From the IMG/VR virus record IMGVR_UViG_3300010282_000004, positions 83,595 through 147,594 of that record: DNA of 64,000 nt. The stretch is one strand, 5' to 3'. This stretch comes from a virus. Lineage: Duplodnaviria > Caudoviricetes. Position 1 is the stretch's first letter, and every line of letters starts with the position of its first letter. Positions 1 through 8,683 of this stretch are shown here, piece by piece. A program made the translations under genes and the position numbers. Below the pieces are notes generated by a model. That model was given only the letters and a program-made list of their open reading frames with translations, searched no databases and had not been told where the DNA came from.

Positions 1-150
1 TTTATTTAATTTATTTAAATGATCTATACAAAATGTTTTCTTAATTCCAGTGGAAACATCAAATGCTATAGCATCAAGATTTGAAACTTTAGCAACCCTG
101 AATACTCCGTTTAAGCACTTATGTCTAACAATATCTCCAACCTTAATCAT
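1..150 (-). CDS. hypothetical protein, runs off window edge
   Basis: ATG at 150 after an AGAGAGG RBS; MIKVGDIVRHK... open to position 1. Confidence 0.45.
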   Translation of the reverse strand, partial: MIKVGDIVRHKCLNGVFRVAKVSNLDAIAFDVSTGIKKTFCIDHLNKLNK

Positions 151-168
151 CTTCTTGATCCTCTCTTT

Positions 169-504
169 CTATAAAATAGGTCTCCCATTTAAAACCTTAT
201 CAATATCAACCATCATCTGATCCATATCATCTTTATTTGACATAATATATCTATAAGTATCCTCTCCATTATACATTTCGTAGTAAGGCACATCTACACA
301 TCCAAGTACCCCATAGCAGTCAAGATACACAGATACATGTTTATTATTATAACTAATCCAAAATCTAGCCATAGCACCCATAAACGGTGGAATAATTTTC
401 ACTTCCCATTCCGGTTTAAAGTGTAGTGCTGGAATACAATTACACCAAGTTTCCCATTGTTCTTCTTTTTCAACTAATCTTCTACTATCATATGAGTTAA
501 TCAT
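169..504 (-). CDS. hypothetical phage protein
   Basis: ORF track 169..603; start trimmed to MINSYD after GAGGAGG. Confidence 0.7.
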   Translation of the reverse strand: MINSYDSRRLVEKEEQWETWCNCIPALHFKPEWEVKIIPPFMGAMARFWISYNNKHVSVYLDCYGVLGCVDVPYYEMYNGEDTYRYIMSNKDDMDQMMVDIDKVLNGRPIL

Positions 505-982
505 AAATATCCTCCTCATTTTCTTCATCATTAATTTCGAAAGTGTAATGTGTTCCTGGTACATTAGATGTTTTATCACCAACCGTAAATGATACATTAA
601 CATTTTCTTTGTTTACTTTTATTTCTTTTACAGTTGTAAGTCTATTGATATTAAATTTTCTACATATCATTTCAATCTCTTTTTTATGATTAACAAGGTA
701 TTCCATAATGTCATTTATGATTTTAATTTCAGTGTTATCAATACCATAGTCTGTTGGATTAAATATTTTTCTATACTCATCATCTGGGATATATGCAAAT
801 TCATCTACAGATGAATATATAATTGGGATAATCGTTTGATCTTCTTCCTTATCAATGTACTCCCCATTTGGCGAATACTCCAAATATACCTTAACATCCC
901 ACTCATTAACCTCAACTTTCAAGTAATGTTCATTGTCTTTGTGTTTAATTAAAATGTTTGCAATGTCTTCTAGTAAGTTCAT
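497..982 (-). CDS. hypothetical protein
   Basis: 161-aa ORF with GGAG RBS. Confidence 0.75.
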   Translation of the reverse strand: MNLLEDIANILIKHKDNEHYLKVEVNEWDVKVYLEYSPNGEYIDKEEDQTIIPIIYSSVDEFAYIPDDEYRKIFNPTDYGIDNTEIKIINDIMEYLVNHKKEIEMICRKFNINRLTTVKEIKVNKENVNVSFTVGDKTSNVPGTHYTFEINDEENEEDIYD

Positions 983-1046
983 ATAACTATTCTCCTTCCT
1001 TATAATTACCTAATATTTAATTCTCTGTTTTCTAATGAGATAAATC

Positions 1047-1080
1047 AAAAAAATAGCAGTGTGCATTACACACACCGCCA
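1047..1080 (-). terminator. intrinsic terminator
   Basis: TGGCGGTGTG-loop-CACACTGCTA followed by T7 on the minus strand. Confidence 0.75.
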
Positions 1081-1135
1081 AATGAAAAGAGGTTTAAATA
1101 TTGGATACGAAAAAATAAATATGAAAAACAAAACT

Positions 1136-1268
1136 AAGTGGTCGGGCAGAGCCTTTCACTCTTGCAGCACCCTTGCCAAGTTCAGGTACTTATTACTAAG
1201 TCGATTACCTTGCTGATCGAGGGAATATTATTGTCTTGAATGTGTTTATCTTTCACCACCGACCACTT
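1136..1268 (-). ncRNA. putative small structured RNA (~133 nt)
   Basis: perfect 10-bp closing stem AAGTGGTCGG/CCGACCACTT; GC-richer non-coding DNA between a promoter-like motif and a terminator. Confidence 0.5.
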
Positions 1269-1272
1269 TAAT

Positions 1273-1284
1273 ATATTATTCTCT
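1273..1284 (-). promoter_or_regulatory. AGAGAATAATAT motif, putative phage-sigma promoter element
   Basis: identical 12-mer also at 19631-19642 and 22681-22692, always intergenic and upstream of minus-strand units. Confidence 0.5.
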
Positions 1285-1287
1285 GTT

Positions 1288-1668
1288 TTAATATCTTTCA
1301 TCATCTAAAATTTTAATAATACCACTTTCTTCCATATCGAATAGTCTATCTCTTAATTCTTCATTGCAATTATCAACTTCTTTTACAAATATAACATTGC
1401 CATTTTCAAATTCTTTTTTACATTCATTCATCAATTCAGTTTCATCATCATAAAAACATCCGTCCATTTCATCAAATGATCTAAATAGTTCTCCTCTGCT
1501 ATCCTCTGGATAATAATCATCACTCTTTAACATAGACATAATTGTTTCACCAAAATCTTTAAGGAATGGATATTTATCAACTGTATCCTTATCAATCGGA
1601 TCTTCATTAAAACTTATAATAAAACTACTACTACTAGAATTTGTTACAAAATCTGTTCTAACCTTCAT
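1288..1668 (-). CDS. TNSSSSS-motif protein, putative rSAM substrate/partner
   Basis: N-terminus MKVRTDFVTNSSSSSFII. Confidence 0.8.
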   Translation of the reverse strand: MKVRTDFVTNSSSSSFIISFNEDPIDKDTVDKYPFLKDFGETIMSMLKSDDYYPEDSRGELFRSFDEMDGCFYDDETELMNECKKEFENGNVIFVKEVDNCNEELRDRLFDMEESGIIKILDDERY

Positions 1669-1841
1669 TATTCATCTTCACCTTCTTCGTCTGGAATTGG
1701 AATACTATATTCAATTTCTGCACCACAATTACAACAATGCAACACATGGACAATACCTTCACCTTCATAGCAGAAATCCTCAAACGTAAAGTCATTATCC
1801 CAAATTACTGTCCGGCAACCACAATGAAAACATTCATACAT
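1668..1841 (-). CDS. 57-aa zinc-ribbon-like acidic protein (not in ORF track)
   Basis: MYECFHCG...LHCCNCG...DEEGEDE; GAGGTG RBS; TAATG overlap with the next gene. Confidence 0.7.
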   Translation of the reverse strand: MYECFHCGCRTVIWDNDFTFEDFCYEGEGIVHVLHCCNCGAEIEYSIPIPDEEGEDE

Positions 1842-1856
1842 TTTTATCTCACCTCA

Positions 1857-2579
1857 CTATCCCATATGATTACAACTAAATCTACTAACATCCATCAACT
1901 TATTTACTACATAGGAAGGAATATTCCCACTTTCAGAGCTGACACACACTTTACCAAGTATATATAATGGTGCTTGTTCTTTTGTAATATTTAATTGCTT
2001 GGTTTTATATTCAACTTCATCTTCGTTAAAATACCAATATAATATATCTTCTTTGATATCTTTATCTTTTATTTCATTAACACCATATTTCCCATAATGC
2101 AAAATGTCTACATCACTATTCCCAAATTCAAATATTGTAAATGGTGCATGTGGGAAATATTTATTATCAGACTTACTCATCTTATCAATCCAATATCTCT
2201 CATAGTTTTTATATGTATTACACTTTCTCCATTCATCTTCATACAAATAATCTAATGTGTTTACACCAAACATCTTATCCAATTTTAAATCAAGTTTGAA
2301 TATTGCAATTTTATCACTTTTTTTATCTTCATACATATCTCTATCATACATAATTTGATAATACATATTATCACTATTGCCAGTTAGTTCAAACCTTGCT
2401 TTCGGATCTATATTATCCTTTATGTAATTAAAAGCCTTGTTTAACTGTATTACATATTCTGCATAAAGCTTTTTAATCATCTGATACACTGACTCTACTG
2501 TAATATCAGTATAGTCCTCTCTACCAATAATAAAGCTGCTTGAAGATGAGTTTGTTACAAAATCTGTTCTAATTTTCAT
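1857..2579 (-). CDS. TNSSSSS-motif protein
   Basis: N-terminus MKIRTDFVTNSSSSSFII; GGAGG RBS. Confidence 0.8.
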   Translation of the reverse strand: MKIRTDFVTNSSSSSFIIGREDYTDITVESVYQMIKKLYAEYVIQLNKAFNYIKDNIDPKARFELTGNSDNMYYQIMYDRDMYEDKKSDKIAIFKLDLKLDKMFGVNTLDYLYEDEWRKCNTYKNYERYWIDKMSKSDNKYFPHAPFTIFEFGNSDVDILHYGKYGVNEIKDKDIKEDILYWYFNEDEVEYKTKQLNITKEQAPLYILGKVCVSSESGNIPSYVVNKLMDVSRFSCNHMG

Positions 2580-2588
2580 ATCTTCCTC

Positions 2589-3074
2589 CTAGTCACAATA
2601 GCCACGTTCATAAGGTATGTCCCCGAAATATTCTTCGATTGTATTCCAATCGTATCTGTATTCACCAAGATTATCTACAATGTAATGATGATCATATTTT
2701 GTAATATCTTCTTTACTCTCAGGGGCTTCTTCGTAATGATTTTTAAAACCACCAAAATACTTATCATTACGTAAATAGTATGGATTATCTGGTGTTGCTT
2801 TGCCAACGTAATAGTTACCAGCTACACGTAAATACTCTGGATAATCTTCATCGAAGTCCATATGCTTAACCTTATATTCTTTCTTAGGTTTCTTCTTGGA
2901 TTTGTTATCCTCATCTTCGTCATAATCATCACCATAGTCATAGTATAAGTCATTGTATTCTTCATTAGCCATATCAATTAACTTCTTAATCAGTTTACCA
3001 AATGTAATGTTTTTGGTATCAATAATAAAACTTGAACTACTACTGTTTGTTACAAAATCGTTTCTAATTTTCAT
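2589..3074 (-). CDS. TNSSSSS-motif protein
   Basis: N-terminus MKIRNDFVTNSSSSSFII; ATGA overlap with the rSAM gene. Confidence 0.8.
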   Translation of the reverse strand: MKIRNDFVTNSSSSSFIIDTKNITFGKLIKKLIDMANEEYNDLYYDYGDDYDEDEDNKSKKKPKKEYKVKHMDFDEDYPEYLRVAGNYYVGKATPDNPYYLRNDKYFGGFKNHYEEAPESKEDITKYDHHYIVDNLGEYRYDWNTIEEYFGDIPYERGYCD

Positions 3075-4153
3075 AGTAAATTTTTCTCCTTTCTATCACA
3101 CAATACAATATTTCTTCTTATAGGGCATCCACCCATACACTCTCTTCTATTTGGGCATTCACTACAAGAATTTCTAAAATGACTTCTAAAGTCATCGAAT
3201 TGTTTACTATTCCATGCATTCTGAATTGTGTCATTGGAAATGTCATATGCCCATCTAAGTTCTTGATTGTCAAAGCTGCAAGGAATCATCTTCATATCAG
3301 ATGTAATATAACAAGACCAACGTCCACCCTCACAAGTATCGAAGCTATCATGGTTAATGTTTTTAGTATGGTTAATAAGTCCAGGAATGCTACATGAATC
3401 AAATCCGATTCCAAAATCAAATGTCTTTGTATCAATGAGTTCAAAAAATCTTTTAACCTTATCATCATTTACATTCAAGACATTTGCAGTACTTCCTTGA
3501 CCAACATCTTTATGTAATAACCAAATAACATTTCTAATACCATTTGGAAAATCATTTTTTTCAAGCCTTTCAATAGCCTCATCAATAGAGTTATTACCAA
3601 GGACATAATGAATATTTGTTCTTACACCAGCTTTAAGCAACAACTCAATTGCTCTATAGGTATGCTCTTGTCTATACCAACTGATTGCAACTGCACCACA
3701 ATACTCCTTACAAATATCAGCAATTCTTTCTGTAAAACCAAGACCTGATGATGTAAAATTCGGAACAATACCACATCTTCTTGAGTATGCTAATATCTCT
3801 TCAAAGTTTTCGTGCTGATCTACATCACCACGACCACCAAGGGCAAATGTATATGTTTTATTAACACATTCATCTGCAATCTTTTTAAAGTTTTCAAATG
3901 TCATATTTGGCATTTTTGTTCCGAGACCATTTTGGTAACATTGCACACCGCCTTTAATGCATAACCCACTACAACCATGGATGCAATGTCCCATTATCCC
4001 TATATCAATTAACTCAGGAAAGTCAGCCATAAAAGGATCTACACCTGTGTCCTTACCATTCTCATCGATGACACCAGATCTCATATAGAACCCGGTCTTT
4101 GGATTAAACATTGATACAAAATTATTTTTTTTATCTATCTTCTTTATCATCAT
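3071..4153 (-). CDS. radical SAM enzyme with SPASM domain
   Basis: Cys cluster CIHGCSGLCIKGGVQCYQ; GGRGD (GGE-like); CEGG...PC and Cx2Cx5Cx3C SPASM motif. Confidence 0.9.
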   Translation of the reverse strand: MMIKKIDKKNNFVSMFNPKTGFYMRSGVIDENGKDTGVDPFMADFPELIDIGIMGHCIHGCSGLCIKGGVQCYQNGLGTKMPNMTFENFKKIADECVNKTYTFALGGRGDVDQHENFEEILAYSRRCGIVPNFTSSGLGFTERIADICKEYCGAVAISWYRQEHTYRAIELLLKAGVRTNIHYVLGNNSIDEAIERLEKNDFPNGIRNVIWLLHKDVGQGSTANVLNVNDDKVKRFFELIDTKTFDFGIGFDSCSIPGLINHTKNINHDSFDTCEGGRWSCYITSDMKMIPCSFDNQELRWAYDISNDTIQNAWNSKQFDDFRSHFRNSCSECPNRRECMGGCPIRRNIVLCDRKEKNLL

Positions 4154-4385
4154 ATAAACTTCTCCTATAAAAACTTACATTATTAAAATATTTGTTTTCA
4201 TTAATATATAATGGGTAGTTGTTTTTAACATCATACATTGCTCTATTACCAAAGTTTATAATAAACTCTGGTGCTTCATTAATCATTTGAGATAATATCT
4301 CATCAATAACTTTATCTAAAATTTTAAATTGAAATTTCCTATCATTAACAATATTCTGCAACATTTTAAATCCTTCTATCATCAT
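4131..4385 (-). CDS. hypothetical protein
   Basis: co-oriented overlapping ORF. Confidence 0.6.
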   Translation of the reverse strand: MMIEGFKMLQNIVNDRKFQFKILDKVIDEILSQMINEAPEFIINFGNRAMYDVKNNYPLYINENKYFNNVSFYRRSLYDDKEDR

Positions 4386-4779
4386 ATACTATCTCCCTAT
4401 CACTCTTGCACCCATTTAATGCCCACGTTAAATTATCAATAATCTTAAGAATATCGCTTTCTTCGTATACGACAAAATAACTATTTTCATCATAATCATG
4501 ATCACATGTGTCGGTTGTTGTTTCACTGATTGAATTTTCTAATAAAATATAACCATCTTGTCTGTCCATTTTAACTTCAACATAATCTAACATGTGTAAA
4601 ACACAACAAAAATGACCACTATTTTCAGAAAAATAACCATCTTCAGTATGACCACATAAAATATTTAATCCATCAATGTCCATATCACCATTATATTTAC
4701 CAAAGTTATCATCTACAATTTGACTAAACACAGTTCCATTTGGCATATGTGCTAATTCTTTTATGTTTACTATTTTCAT
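4366..4779 (-). CDS. hypothetical protein
   Basis: 137-aa ORF with GAGGAG RBS. Confidence 0.75.
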   Translation of the reverse strand: MKIVNIKELAHMPNGTVFSQIVDDNFGKYNGDMDIDGLNILCGHTEDGYFSENSGHFCCVLHMLDYVEVKMDRQDGYILLENSISETTTDTCDHDYDENSYFVVYEESDILKIIDNLTWALNGCKSDREIVYDDRRI

Positions 4780-5309
4780 AAATTGTTCTCCTCAATATAC
4801 TTTTCTAATATTGTAAACTTTTCTTCCAATTTATTAAATCTTTCTCTTCTCTCTTTAATACGTTCTTCTTTCTCACGTCTAATTTCATCTTCAACTTTTT
4901 GAACATGCTCCATGTTTTCGTACTTATATTGAGCAATCTTATCTGCAAAAATTTTCTTTGCATGTTCTTCATCTTCTGCTAATAAACTAATAGAATATTC
5001 GCCATTATGATTAAAATGCATTTCGTTATTTTCATACCATTCAAATGGGTTACTCCAAGGTTTTTCAAGAGATTCTCTAGTAATATAAATTTTTCCATCA
5101 AATTTCCTACGACAAAAGAACCCAATTTTACCACGATACGTTTTCTTCATGTCTCTTAAATCAATCTTAACCTCATCAGTATCAAACTCTGTTATTGATG
5201 CATCTGGACATACATAGTCAACATACTGCTTTGCAATCTCATAGTTGTCTGTAACATGAGAAACATATCTATCAGAATATTCTCCAACTTCAATCACATA
5301 TACTTTCAT
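4776..5309 (-). CDS. hypothetical protein, paralog of 5290..5727
   Basis: shares MKxY...PDASIxEFD and A.D.E.A.K.F motifs. Confidence 0.75.
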   Translation of the reverse strand: MKVYVIEVGEYSDRYVSHVTDNYEIAKQYVDYVCPDASITEFDTDEVKIDLRDMKKTYRGKIGFFCRRKFDGKIYITRESLEKPWSNPFEWYENNEMHFNHNGEYSISLLAEDEEHAKKIFADKIAQYKYENMEHVQKVEDEIRREKEERIKERRERFNKLEEKFTILEKYIEENNL

Positions 5310-5727
5310 CGCTCATTCTCCTTTTTTCTCTCAATTGTTTCCTAAACTCTGCAATCATTTTTTCTTCTTCAATATAATCGTTCATCATCTTCCTGAATTT
5401 CTTCTCAGCTTCTTCTCTATCGTTTGCAAAAATATGACCAATAGCAGTTCCACCATTAACACTAAACATATCGTTATCTATATCATCATCAGAAATACCT
5501 TCATTTTTAACAACAATAGGAGAATGAGGTTCTCTAGTACATTTATATAACTTTTTACCATTATATTTTTCTATAACTGGATCAACCTTTTCACATACCT
5601 TGTCTGAATCAAATTCTTTTATACTTGCATCAGGTCTAATATACTCAATAAATTTTTTTGCATATTCATAATCGTTAGTAATATAACGGACATCACCATA
5701 ATAATTCGTTATTGCATATAATTTCAT
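5290..5727 (-). CDS. hypothetical protein, paralog of 4776..5309
   Basis: same shared motifs; AAGGAG RBS. Confidence 0.75.
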   Translation of the reverse strand: MKLYAITNYYGDVRYITNDYEYAKKFIEYIRPDASIKEFDSDKVCEKVDPVIEKYNGKKLYKCTREPHSPIVVKNEGISDDDIDNDMFSVNGGTAIGHIFANDREEAEKKFRKMMNDYIEEEKMIAEFRKQLREKRRMSDESICD

Positions 5728-5990
5728 TCTTCATACTCCTTAAATAAAATTTTAACTGGCCAACAACAACACATATTACCTTTCTTAATAACCTCTTCGT
5801 AATCAGTACCCGGAAATGGTATATTATAAACCATAACAAAATCTGGACTGAACCAATCTGATTGGGTATGCAGCTTTCTAACCTTATTATTAATCACACG
5901 ACAAATACTGTTGTTGCAAATATCCTCATCGGCTATTAAATTTATTATCTCTTGCTTATAACAATCTCTTCGTGATTTCCAAACACTCAT
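5724..5990 (-). CDS. hypothetical protein
   Basis: 88-aa ORF with RBS. Confidence 0.65.
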   Translation of the reverse strand: MSVWKSRRDCYKQEIINLIADEDICNNSICRVINNKVRKLHTQSDWFSPDFVMVYNIPFPGTDYEEVIKKGNMCCCWPVKILFKEYEE

Positions 5991-6004
5991 TCTTTTTCTC
6001 TCCT

Positions 6005-6301
6005 TTACACAACAACCGCACCGGGATTCTTTTTTCTTAAATCAATATCACGTCTACAGTCCTCAATAGAATTAAAATAATATGGAGATTGCAAATAACT
6101 AACATATTTATTCTCTTCAATCCTATAAATCTTATGTCCGTTGTATGTTTCAGCAACCAAAAGTTCTTCAAAATTACTTCTGCATCCAGAATGACAAAAT
6201 CTAAATGTTTCTCCTTTAATTATAAGTTTAGGAAATGTTTTAATTTGATCAACCATTTTTATGTCATGCTCTTTACCACAATATCTACATTTAATAACCA
6301 T
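6005..6301 (-). CDS. zinc-finger protein (CxxC...FCxxxC)
   Basis: MVIKCRYCG...FCHSGC after AAGGAG. Confidence 0.65.
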   Translation of the reverse strand: MVIKCRYCGKEHDIKMVDQIKTFPKLIIKGETFRFCHSGCRSNFEELLVAETYNGHKIYRIEENKYVSYLQSPYYFNSIEDCRRDIDLRKKNPGAVVV

Positions 6302-6356
6302 AATAAACTCTCCTTTCAACAAACACACAATATGTATCTATCTAGTTATTCCACAA

Positions 6357-6393
6357 AAATAAAAATGAGATACAGAAAAACTGTATCTCATTT
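6357..6393 (-). terminator. intrinsic terminator after recD2
   Basis: AAATGAGATACAG/CTGTATCTCATTT stem plus T tract. Confidence 0.75.
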
Positions 6394-6397
6394 AAAA

Positions 6398-8683
6398 TTA
6401 TTTATCATATTTAATAGATAACCATGTGTTTCTACTATTATGACTTGTTCTTATACATTGTAAGAACGCCTGTGGCTCTGCCAATAACAAACATCTTTTC
6501 TTTGCTCTTGTAATTAAAGTATAAAGCATACAATTATCAAGCAATGCATAATGTGTATTATCAATGATACCAATTACTGTTTTATATCCACTACCTTGGC
6601 ATTTGTGACATGTAAGTGCATAAGCTAAATCAAGAGCAGACGTTTCATTAATGGTATATTCAACAAACTTTGAGCCACCATTAGTATCATTAAACTTTAC
6701 GACACAATATTTGCTATTATGGTTCTTGTCCTTATTATGAATCTCCACAATGTATCCGATCTCGCCATTGAACACGTTCTTTTGATAGTCATTTACAGTC
6801 TGCATTACCCTGGCACCAAGCTTAAATGTATTCTCGTAGTTACCAATCTCTTCTTTAACATTCCCAAGTAACTGTTCTTGTAAGAACTTATTGATTTCAA
6901 ATGTAGAATTAAGGCAATTTGACTTTCTTGGAACAATGATTACCACATTTTCAAGTCCATCAGTCTCAACCGTTTTTAAGAACGTTTTCGTTGCAATATC
7001 AAATAGACTCTGACGATTGGTACGAAACATGTAGAACATATCTTGCAGTTCACCACGAACAATCTTCGGTTCAAACGTTCCCCCAAGAGGATTTTTATTC
7101 TCTCTTATTACATTGGCATCCATGAGAATCCCGGATTTCTTTGCTTGTCTCATAGGCTCTGTAAGTTTGCTAACTACCTTATTGCCAAGTAAGTCTATAA
7201 TATCAGAAAATACATTGCCATATCCAATAGGCGGTAACTGTTTATGGTCACCTGATATAATGATTCTAGTCTTGTCATCAATGGCCTCTAACCAATTAAG
7301 GAATAACCTAGCATTAACCATAGAACCTTCGTCCAAGAAAGCAACATCTACAATCATATGATTATCTTTATTGAATGTAAATGTATTTAACCCCATACAT
7401 CCTAATGTTCTATGGATTGTCATAGCAGGATATCCTGTAGCTTCAACAATTCTTTTGGCAGCCATTGCAGACAATGCACATGCAGATACAGAATGCTTGT
7501 TCTCACAATAAGCTTTAATAATACCTCTCATTAACGAACTCTTACCAACACCAGCCTTACCAGTAATAACACTAACTGGTCTATTAAGACATGTATTGAT
7601 TACATTTTTTTGTTCTTCTGTATATTCAAAGCCTTGTTCTTCTTCAGCTTTCTTAATGCCCATATCATTCTTTTTAGGATCGAGTACAAAACTACAATCT
7701 AATTTAGACTTATTATACAAAATGTCAACAATCTTACATTCAACATCATAGTAATATTTCAATCCAATTTTATCATCCTTTATATATAAGAAGTCGTTGT
7801 TCTCTAAAAGCCACTCAAACTTATCACTACATTCAGTAACTGTGTTATCAATAGCTTCTTTAAGAATATCTTTTGATACCCATGTATGTCCGTCACTCTC
7901 ACCAATCTCCTTTAAATAATATGTTACAAATGCAACAAGCCTTTCAGGAGACTGAAGAAGTTGTGGTTTAAGTTTAAGTGCCAATCCATCAATCTTACGA
8001 AAACCTAATCCAGAAATACGTGTCATAACATATGGGTTTTCTTCAAGTTGTTGTTTAAGCAATGCCGGGTTAGGCTCATCAGTAAGCAACTTCCTAATCA
8101 TATTATATGTAACACCTAATGGTTTTAACATAATAATGATATCAGAAATAAGGTAGTTATTTAAAATTGTTTCCTTAATACGTTCCCATGTCGCCTTGCC
8201 AACACCTTTAACTTTATTGTAGTCAATATCCTTAACCTCTCCAGAAGTCACATCATTTACAATATTAGGATATGCTTTAGTAAGGTTTACTGCCAAACTC
8301 TCACTTATTAAAGATTTGAGAAACATAATCTGATCCTCTTCTGTCTGTGGTGCAAGAGCATAAATAGCAATAGGAACGTATTGGTCACCATAAGTCTTAT
8401 CATACTTATAAGTGGCTTTGATAGTATACTTCCCACCTACTACTAACTCTTGCATCTTCCCGGACAGAGATGAAAACTTCTTTTCTACATCTGACTTATT
8501 ATCAAATGGTGTAGCAGTTTCTTTTGTATAATGAGGAATGTCATCTTCAGTGGAGAACAAATATGCTCCCCACGAAGAATCTGGATTATAGTATTTCTGA
8601 TATGTGATTGTGGCATCAAACTTTATTACTTCATCATTAGTTGTCAACTCTTCGCACCTCTTTCTTTCATTTGGGCAACCCAT
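6398..8683 (-). CDS. recD2: RecD2-like SF1B helicase
   Basis: Walker A GKAGVGKS, DEGSMV, GDHKQLPPIG, LAYALTCHKCQGS, LYTLITRAK; true start may be TTG at 8647. Confidence 0.92.
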   Translation of the reverse strand: MGCPNERKRCEELTTNDEVIKFDATITYQKYYNPDSSWGAYLFSTEDDIPHYTKETATPFDNKSDVEKKFSSLSGKMQELVVGGKYTIKATYKYDKTYGDQYVPIAIYALAPQTEEDQIMFLKSLISESLAVNLTKAYPNIVNDVTSGEVKDIDYNKVKGVGKATWERIKETILNNYLISDIIIMLKPLGVTYNMIRKLLTDEPNPALLKQQLEENPYVMTRISGLGFRKIDGLALKLKPQLLQSPERLVAFVTYYLKEIGESDGHTWVSKDILKEAIDNTVTECSDKFEWLLENNDFLYIKDDKIGLKYYYDVECKIVDILYNKSKLDCSFVLDPKKNDMGIKKAEEEQGFEYTEEQKNVINTCLNRPVSVITGKAGVGKSSLMRGIIKAYCENKHSVSACALSAMAAKRIVEATGYPAMTIHRTLGCMGLNTFTFNKDNHMIVDVAFLDEGSMVNARLFLNWLEAIDDKTRIIISGDHKQLPPIGYGNVFSDIIDLLGNKVVSKLTEPMRQAKKSGILMDANVIRENKNPLGGTFEPKIVRGELQDMFYMFRTNRQSLFDIATKTFLKTVETDGLENVVIIVPRKSNCLNSTFEINKFLQEQLLGNVKEEIGNYENTFKLGARVMQTVNDYQKNVFNGEIGYIVEIHNKDKNHNSKYCVVKFNDTNGGSKFVEYTINETSALDLAYALTCHKCQGSGYKTVIGIIDNTHYALLDNCMLYTLITRAKKRCLLLAEPQAFLQCIRTSHNSRNTWLSIKYDK

